Shown piece after piece: positions 55,189-64,000 of a stretch of DNA of 64,000 nucleotides. A model generated the notes under the pieces. That model saw nothing but the letters and a program-made list of their open reading frames with translations. It ran no database searches and had not been told where the DNA came from. The DNA lies in the NCBI RefSeq assembly GCF_006345805.1, contig NC_043005.1, positions 57,040,001-57,104,000 of the forward strand. The letters run 5' to 3'. The translations under genes and the position numbers were made by a program. Each line of letters starts with the position of its first letter. Positions within the stretch are counted from its first letter, which is position 1. The DNA comes from Octopus sinensis (lineage: Eukaryota).

Positions 55189-55529
55189 GAATATGAATAT
55201 GAATATTACAACTTCACAATTTACACTTCCGTACAAAGTATACGGCATTTTGTATCTTGTGAACAGAAGCAATTGATTTAGTATTCGATGGTGATATGTA
55301 ATATATTTAATTAGTGTTATCTTGTTAAGCAGTTCATTAAATATAACAGCAACTATGATAGGCTGTAACATTAATTCACTTGTGTGTTTAGTGAACGTAA
55401 CAAAATGTTTGAGAACATGATTTAGATGTGTGCAATGCACCGTGTATAATTTTATGTGGATTCGTTATTCCGTAGTTGCTGCAGTTTAGAGAATATGTAT
55501 TTATGTGTAAAGGCATACCTTATATGTAT

Positions 55530-55744
55530 AAGGGTGTGCTGAAAAACTTCCTGGCTTTGGGTAAACGAAAATACAGAAGGATCAGTTAATAATGGTTTTA
55601 TTCAACATATTCCCCTCTCAGCTTCACACACGTATTGCAGCAGTCCTTCAGGTTTTCTAAGCCCCGTAAGAGAACTCGGAAGGTTGAGCCTCCACCCAGG
55701 CCTTTTGCGGTACCCTTAAAGCCAGGAACTTTTCAGCACCCCTA
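55530..55744. mobile_element. mariner-derived MITE
   Basis: TIRs gggtgtgctgaaaaacttcctggcttt / aagccaggaacttttcagcacccc; a related end also occurs near 61850-61875. Confidence 0.75.
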
Positions 55745-55783
55745 GCAACCGTATGTGTGTGTGTGAAAGAGCAAGAGAGATAT

Positions 55784-55838
<55 letters not shown>

Positions 55839-56389
55839 AATCGGCCCCAGAACATAATTTGGATCTTAAAGTGAAAAGATCCCATGATTTTCTTTTTTAA
55901 AGACTGGTACTTATTCTATCGGTCTCTTTTACCGAACTACTAAGTTACGGGGCGTAAATAAACCAACACCGGTTGTCAAGCAGTGGTGGGGGAACAAACA
56001 CAGAGACAAAGACACACGTGCACGCTCGTGCACACGCATACATACACACATATACACATAAGGTGGAGGAGGACTTTCCATCTACGTTTTTCTATAGTTG
56101 TGAAGTTCGAATGAAATTAACCCTTACCAACCCCTTAACTCCAGGACGAGATGAGTTACTCGAAGATTTTATCTAGTCCTGGTGGTCACTTAATTTGCAA
56201 GAAATGACAGCCAAATCAGCCTAGAACCACATACTACTGCCCTTAAAAAAAAAGAAAAAGAAAAAGGGAAAACACATTAGATAATTCAATCATATATGAA
56301 TTGTGTCTGCGAAGCAGAAAACGCCAGATGGAATATGATCTTTCAACTTGGGTGGGTTCCATCAAAGTTAGTATTGGGGTCATCGTAGT

Positions 56390-56622
56390 CACCAACACCA
56401 CCACCACCACCACCACCACCACCATCACCACAAGCACCACAACCACCATCATCACCCCCACCCCACCACCCCACCCCCACCACAACCACCGAAACCACGA
56501 CGACGACCATCACGACCATCACGACCACCACCACGACCACCACCACCACCACGACCACCACCACGACCACCACGACCACTACGACGACGACGACGACGAC
56601 CACCACCACCACCACCGCCGCC
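56390..56622. repeat. (CAC)/(GAC) trinucleotide repeat
   Basis: Directly visible. Confidence 0.9.
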
Positions 56623-56804
56623 GTAGTTATTTAACCCTTTTGTCAATCCCGTTCTAGGAGAACTATGATAGAAGCATTCCAGTCCCGTTTTTTGTTGCTT
56701 CTATACAAAGAAGCCATTTAATATATAATTCAATGCATCATTTTCTAAGCAAGTAGGCTGTGATTTAAAAAAAGATTTGGTTCCGTGTATGCTACTTTAC
56801 TACA

Positions 56805-57190
56805 GGAGGTGCAATGGCCCAGTGGTTAGGGCAGCGGACTCGCGGTCGTAGGATCGCGGTTTCGATTCCCAGACCGGGCGTTGTGAGTGTTTATTGAGCG
56901 AAAAGACCTAAAGCTCCACGAGGCTCCGGCAGGGGATGGTGGTGATCCCTGCTGTACTCTTTCACCACAACTTTCTCTCGCTCTTACTTCCTGTTCCTGT
57001 TGCACCTGTATTTCAAAGGGCCGGCCTTGTCACTCTCTGTGTCACACTGAATATCCCCGAGAACTACGTTAAGGGTGCACGTGTCTGTGGAGTGCTCGGC
57101 CACTTACACGTTAATTTCACGAGCAGGCTGTTCCGTTGATTCGGATCAACCGGAACCCTCATCGTCGTAACCGACGGAGTGCTTCCATCC
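56805..57190 (+). mobile_element. tRNA-derived SINE, family 3 (second copy at 54825-55120)
   Basis: tRNA-like head tggcccagtggttagggcagcggactcgcggtcg...ggtttcgattccc followed by a shared non-tRNA body. Confidence 0.82.
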
Positions 57191-59624
57191 ACTTTGCTAC
57201 AGATTGAGCAACGACAAAGTAGTGTTACCCTCATTGGTGTACTTCTCTCCTTTGTTTACTTATAACTTTCAGAAAAACAAATATATCTTTATGAATTTTT
57301 TTTACAGATATTTATCAGATGGTGTAGATTACAATTATATACGAATTTGATACAAAAGAAAGGAAGAAAGAAAGAAAAAAGAGTAGTGACCGCGCACACA
57401 CGCACTGATACGTCACAATTTTTTTCGAAATTTCAAGCTTCACTTTTGTAGATGTATATGTGATGTTTGTCAGTATTTTTCCGTAAGTTCCAATGTAGGA
57501 GTAGATGTGTGGTAAGTAGCTTGCTTACCAACCACATGGTTCTGGGTTCAGTCCCACTGAAAGGTATTTTTCTTTTATTTTTATATTTTTTACTTGCTTC
57601 AGTCATTAGGCTGCGGCCATGCTAACACACTGCCTTGAAAGATTTTTAGTCGAGTAAATCGGCCCCTAGAACATAATTTGGATCTTAAAGTGAAAAGATC
57701 CCATGATTTTCTTTTTTAAAGACTGGTACTTATTCTATCGGTCTCTTTTACCGAACTACTAAATTACGGGGCGTAAATAAACCAACACCGGTTGTCAAGC
57801 AGTGGTGGGCGAACAAACACAGAGACAAACACACACGTGCACGCGCGTGCACACGCATACATACACACATATTCAGTATTATCTCACTTTACGAGGACCC
57901 CGCTTTACAAGACCTCGGGTTTACGAGTTTTATTTTATAATAATTATAAAAGGTTATTCAGCCATTTTGTGTGTGTGGCAACGTCACAACCTGTGGCAAA
58001 ACTGGTTCTGACGCATATACATACGACGGGCTTCTTCCAGTTTCCATTTACCAAAGCTACTCGCAAGGTTTTGGTCGGCTCGAGACTATAGCAGAAGACA
58101 CTTGCTCAAGGTGCAACGCAGTGGGACTGAACTCCGGACCATGTGGTCGGGAAGGAAGCTTCTTACCACCTCACCACGCCAAAAAAATACCCATTTTCTC
58201 TGAAAATTATGAGGAAAAACTCCTCTGCCCCATCCTTCATAAAAGATTTTCACAACAGATTCTAATATAATTCCATTTTTTACATCTAAAAAATATTTGT
58301 AGAAAATTTTATTAAAAATACCTAGTTTTTTTTTTTTTATCTGAAATTTAAGAGGAAATAATGTCGTGGGGATGGGAACACACGTGTAAGGTATGTCGGT
58401 ATGTCGCCCCCATTAACTTATATTACTATGGGGTTCTGATATGATGACATGAATAAATCAGAAAAGTAGAGCGCTATAAGAAAAAGAAGTGCTGAATTAA
58501 ATGAAGCATGACGTGAGAAATGGACTTTATAGCACATCTCAGTCTGTCTTCGCTAGGGTCTTAGCTCAAGTTCCATGATGTGTTTTGATTATATGAAAGA
58601 TAGTTTGGCTTGACACGCAAACATAACCGAGTTTATGTTCTGTGATATTAGAGACCGATTTTATTATTTTCATATACGCGCTTACTTATTATTCTCGTGT
58701 CGTCCAGCAGTAGATGTCAGTCATCTTCACTGTTGTTGTCGTTGTTGCTGTGGTAGATGACGATGATGTTGGATGAGAACAAGGCAGAGAATAGTCAAGG
58801 AATGGCGTCGATAAAAAAAAAATTGAAAGAAAATAGAATAGGAAATAAAAAGAATTAAAATCTAAGAAAGCTAATATAAAACTTTCACACAATTTCTATA
58901 AAACAAATATGAAATATACCAAAAAAACCGATTCACTAGAAAAAAAAATGTAAAGGACGAAATTCAGCTCATAGTGAAAATATGACGGATACACATACAT
59001 TCTGAATGTTATTTCAGTTATATACAATCCTGTTATCTCACATATACTTTACCTTCAAGACACTCCTTTTTATATATTGCAGAAATAATTTTGTTTTCCG
59101 TACTTCAGTAATCTCTATACGCGTCGATGTGGTATTTGTTTATCATGAAACGAACGTCTCTGTTTATCAACGAATGCATTCCAAAATTTTCACATGAATT
59201 GAAAATGATTCTACAATAATGCATGGAGAAAAAACAAGAACAAAAAAAAAAAAAATTCTGTGTCTGAGATCTTCCTGAATAAAAACGAAGATGCCAGGAG
59301 AAAGAGCTCTTTATCTTTTGCTTCTTTCATTCATTGAATTGCGACCAAGCTGGGGCACCGCCTTGACGGGTTTTAATCGAACAAATTGATCTCAGTGCTT
59401 ATGATTTTGTAAGGCCTGGCACTTATTTTATCGGAATCTTTTGCCGTAGTGCTAAGTTACAGAGATATAAACAAACACAGATTGTCAAGCGGTGTATCTT
59501 TATGTGTTGGTAAACACACGCACATATATACGATGGGCTTCCACACAAGCTCTACATGATGTGATAGATTATAGAAAAAATGTATAAGGAACCTGGCACG
59601 TGTGTGGCCCAGTCTACCTTAGAT

Positions 59625-60020
59625 CAGTGGTTCCCAACCTTTTTGTGATCGCGTACCACTTAGAGGTTTCGTACAGACGCCGAGTACCACCTGGTTCCAG
59701 ATAAACTCAATTCGATCAGATATCAGTTTAATCACAAGTTAGAAAACACAAATGAACTAACAACAAAGAACACAACTCAATTTAATGCGAGGGCTGAATC
59801 TGTTTCTTCTCCACCAGCTGGTCAATGCGAGGCATAACCTTGCTCACAGCGCATCGGAAATCATGGCCGGGCGCAGCATGAAGGCTCCGGCTTTTCGACT
59901 TGGTGGCCAGTAACGCTGAGAACTCCTGCTTACGCACCCACGTAGAAGGGAAAATCAGTAGCTGGGGAACAGCGTGACGGGCTAGCGTCAGGTACAAGAA
60001 AGCCATGCTTAGCATTCTTT
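59625..60020 (-). mobile_element. hAT (Buster/Charlie-type) 3' fragment
   Basis: TIR cagtggttcccaaccttttt; C-terminal peptide ...FSALLATKSKSR...PRIDQLVEKKQIQPSH typical of Buster/ZBED5/SCAND3-like transposases. Confidence 0.85.
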
Positions 60021-60366
60021 GTGATGATATAGAGGAGGAGAGTTAAAAATATTTTAGCATAGGGGTGATATTCTGAAGGGGAGCATTTTAACTAAAGAGT
60101 GTATCTTATGTAAGGCGATATTTTTTTCCTTTGTTCATAGGAAAAATAGAAAAATAGAAAAATAAAAGTGCTGTGTATTAAGTCTATGAAATTGTGCATA
60201 AAGTATATAAAGTGCATTAACTAATCACTATATTCCAATTTCTTTCAGTTATCAGTGAGTAGTAGATGAGCGACTATCTTTCCATACAGACACAACACAG
60301 GCTACGCTTTCAGGATTTTGGATAAAGTTTTGAAGTTGGGATAAACCCAGTAGCTTTACTATTAAT

Positions 60367-60394
60367 TCCGTGAAATATTCACGGGTCCCGCTAG
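60367..60394 (+). mobile_element. Helitron 3' terminus (hairpin + CTAG); related end on - strand at about 45419-45447
   Basis: ccgtgaa-ata-ttcacgg hairpin followed by gtcccgCTAGt. Confidence 0.6.
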
Positions 60395-60404
60395 TCCTTA
60401 ATAT

Positions 60405-60750
60405 TCCCCTCCTCTCTCCCCTTCCTCCCATCCTATTCTCCCCTGCTCCTCCTCCTCTTCCCCGCCGCCTCCTAGCTCCTCCTCCTCCTCCCCTCCTCTT
60501 CTCGCCTCCTCCTCCTCCCATCATCTTCCCCGCCGCCTCCTCCCCATCCACTTCCCCTCCTCATCCTCCACCTCCCATCCTCTTCCCGCCTCCTCCTCCT
60601 CCCATCATCTTCCCCGCCTCCTCCTCCCCATCCACTCCCCCCTCCTCCTCCACCTCCCCTCCTCCTCCTCCTCCTCCTCCTCCACCACCTCCTCCTCCTC
60701 CTCCTCCTCCTCCACCCCCTCCTCCTCCTCCTCCTCCTCCTCCTCCTCAT
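60405..60750. repeat. (CCT)n-rich polypyrimidine tract
   Basis: Directly visible, with an internal ~60 bp duplication. Confidence 0.9.
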
Positions 60751-61263
60751 CGCATATAGCTTTTTCCTTCGTGTTTCGCATGCCAGTTACCAATTATCGT
60801 ATATTTCAGGCGACTGTTGTTTTCGATTGAACGTTGTAAAACCTGACTTGAGGTATAAAGGCATTCATATTTCTATAAAGACGGATCAGAGCGGTAATCT
60901 ATAAACTACACATCACAGATATATCTACAATATAGATCAATGGATCAATCGATGGACAACTACATATACGTTACACACACACACACACACACTAACACAA
61001 GCAGACGTATCCGGCCTCGACCAGGTTATTTACGTGAATTAACTATATCTTTATCTTTCGTCTTTCACTCGTTTCAATCACAGGACTGTGGCCATGCTGA
61101 AGCAGCGCCTTGTTTGGTTTTGGTCGAACAAATCGATTCATCCATTTATTTTCGAAGTCTGGTACTAATTCTATCGGTGTCTTTTGTCGAACCCCTAAGT
61201 TACAAACCGACACCAGTTGTCAAGCGGTGGGGGAGAACAGATACAAAGTCACACACAGACACA

Positions 61264-61305
<42 letters not shown>

Positions 61306-61767
61306 CGAAGGGCTTCTTTTAGGTTCGCTCTACCAAATCCACTCACAGAGCTTTGGTCGGCCCGGGGCTATTAGAGAAGGAACTTGCCTAATGTGTCACA
61401 CAGCGGGACTGAACCCGAAATCATATGGCTGGGAAGCAAACTTCTGCGTTACAAAGATGCAAACGATCTTCAATCCTGAAATGTTGATTCAGCCAGAATT
61501 TTTACAGATAAGCCGCCCAGGAGATGGTTCAAGTTGAACTCCAGCAAAATGTGTTTTACATACAAATATGGAGCATAAAATATAATTTGATTCCAGCATT
61601 TAAAAAAAAAATGTTTTCTGGGAAAATACTAAAAATACTTTTTCAAAAAATCACTTTTCTAATCGTTAACTCCCCACAGCATATAGTAATGTATGGCGGT
61701 AAACCTATCGACTCTTAAATCCAGGAAGTTTTCAGTATCCCATCTTACACACAAACATACAAACATA

Positions 61768-61838
<71 letters not shown>

Positions 61839-62399
61839 ATATACATTTGAGGAGATGCTGAAAAGTTCCTGGCTATAAGGGTATCTCCCTCACACACACA
61901 CACACGTCATGTGTGCTTGTGTATGCACATATGTATGTATGTATATATGTATGTGTGTGTGCACGTATGCATGTAAGAATGTATTCTGCATATTCATGTG
62001 TTTGTGTGTACATGTTTGTGTGTTTGTATGTGTGTGTGTGCTTGTCTGTCAGTATTACCAATGTATCTGTTTATATATAGACCCATTTACCTACCCATAC
62101 ATGTATGCATATATACATACATACATACATACATACATACAATGTAGAGATAAATACTGGAATAGCTTACAGAGAGTTTGTGACAAAGCAAACAGAGTGA
62201 ACACATGGTACAGGGCTGACAAATATCAAAGATTGGTATCTGTAGAGGCCATACCCAACAGGGAACTAGTCCGTAGATTTAGAAAAGCTCTGAAGTAGAT
62301 CAAACGCAACATTACTCAACATTATGATCGTTGAAAAGCCAGGGAGCTCCATCAGATCTCAGTTATGTAGGACGTGCCCCTTTGAAAATATCACATTCA

Positions 62400-62735
62400 C
62401 TAATGAGAACTGAGTGGTATGTAAGATTAACCCTAGCATTAACGGTAGAATTAGAAATGTAGTCTACAGCATATGGTGCATAGAGGATGCTTGTAAGAAG
62501 AAAAACAGAGCATACATTGAAGAGACATCTAGGAGTATTGCGGTGAGAATAAATGGACACCTGTGGCAAAAACAGACCGTCATACTCTACCAACATTCCA
62601 AAGACCAACATGGAAGCACACTTGGCTGACATAACATACGCATTTTATCCAAGCATCCGAAGGACCCATCACTCAGACAAATACAGGAGTACGTCCTCAT
62701 AAATGAAATGTCCCCCGTACTAAATAGGAAATACA
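62400..62735 (+). mobile_element. PLE GIY-YIG endonuclease fragment
   Basis: NVVYSIWC...AYIEETSRSIAVRINGH...P.LNRK. Confidence 0.78.
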
Positions 62736-62908
62736 CGTAGAAGGTGGTGATACCCGTTTACCTGGTGCCCCAGCATGGCCGCGGCCTTCGGGCTAAAACA
62801 TTTTTAAGGAATTAAGGATTTAAGGTACATTTGCCTGTAGGCTGTTAAGCAGGCAAATGTGTATACACAAGGGTAGGTAAATGGGTATATAGGTAAACAG
62901 ACAGATAC

Positions 62909-64000
62909 CAGACACGTGCCGCCAGTAATTACTCAGGGTAGGCTGTTGGTGACGTTTATGTAGTAAAATATCATGAAAAGATTTGTCAGTATATAAAAGG
63001 ATGAAAATATTTAAAAAGTTTACTTCCTAATTATATTAGCCTATTTATACAGGAAATCCATTCTTCTCTCTTTCGTAGAAATTGAAAGTAGGGTCTTGCT
63101 CCATTTTGTTAAGTATTTCCTTTTCAATGGATATTAAAGCAAGTAACAAAAGTCTTTGATTTGTCATTCTGTTCATAGTGTAGCTCTTAATTCTTTTCAA
63201 AACAGAAAACGATCTCTCCACAGAAACAATTGTAGCAGGAACTGTCAAAATTATTGGCAGCAAATTCACAGTTTCGGGGAACTTTTAGGTCAGTTTATTT
63301 TCAAATGTTAAATCAAGCAAATTTTTAACGGATTTATCTCGAAACACTTGTGCATTGTAAATTCCAGCTAAATCCGCTTTCAATCTTATGATGTCGAAAA
63401 ACTTTCCATAGTTCTTTTCTAAACTTTCAAATGCATCCATACCAATTTGGCAAGCAAGATCTTGAAATTTATCTTCATGAACTAATGAAATAAACTTGAA
63501 ATTTTGAAATCAGCAAATCTTGCTTTCATGTTCTTCAGTGTGTCATCCAAAATTACACCAAATATTCCCATTCTTTCTTCTTTAACTGAACCTTTCGTAT
63601 GAGATTTTGATTTAGTTATTTTCCCTGCACCATTCTTCAAACTTTACATACAAATCCTCGAAACTTCTGTGTAGATTCTCAAGTAAATTTATTGTTCCAT
63701 TAATCCTCTCAATGCAGTATGAAATATTTATCATTTTGGTTTGTAGGACATTAAAAAGAGTGTCAGTTTTAATGAAAATATCATTATAAACCAACAGGAA
63801 AAAGTATGTTGAGTCTTGTTAGCCACTCATAAAACCCATTGCTTGTCACTAAAGTATCTGGATCCCACAACATAGGATTATTGTTCACATTGTTGAAGAG
63901 TTTGCAAAGGACACCATGGTATTGTAAAATTGTCTGGATTAGTTTTGAATTCGAACTCCATCTCGTTGGTGCTGCCTTTGAAACGCGTTTTCTCACTGTT
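62909..64000 (-). mobile_element. Defective hAT transposase (ZMYM1-like), continuing past the window end
   Basis: PTRWSS motif and hAT dimerization motif TVPATIVSVERSFSVLKRIKSY...RL..LALISIE; frameshifted. Confidence 0.88.

Noticed and set aside
56243-56657. His/Thr-rich ORF resembling a metal-binding protein
   Set aside because: (CAC)n/(GAC)n trinucleotide repeat open in several frames; no codon diversification or splice signals.
60252-60793. Poly-Pro / poly-Glu ORFs (formin- or extensin-like)
   Set aside because: (CCT)n simple repeat adjacent to a Helitron end; no flanking domain.

Overview
Eukaryotic, AT-rich, microsatellite- and SINE-dense DNA. The repeat content looks like an octopus/coleoid cephalopod genome (inference). 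The one clear host gene is the 3' part of PNUTS/PPP1R10 (PP1 nuclear targeting subunit) on the + strand. Ten coding exons (8305-26469) splice in frame at GT-AG junctions into about 568 aa carrying the KKSVTW PP1-docking motif, a Gly/Pro-rich repeat and the C-terminal CCCH zinc finger. The N-terminal exons are not seen here. The rest of the window is decayed transposons (mariners, a pogo/Tigger derivative, hAT fragments, Helitrons, a MITE, CR1/RTE LINE pieces, Penelope-like GIY-YIG fragments), tRNA-derived SINEs, a U6 fragment and simple repeats. The most interesting signal is a set of short inserts, mostly sitting in (TA)n tracts and often as fold-back inverted duplications, that carry type I hammerhead ribozyme folds with palindromic stem III. 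Three families use three different nucleotide 3-8 core pairs (C-G, G-C, U-A), and at least two copies lie in sense orientation inside PNUTS introns. A degenerate copy of a PNUTS exon end is also inserted into a nearby SINE. All alignments and folds were done by eye; repeat boundaries are approximate unless TIR/TSD are quoted.
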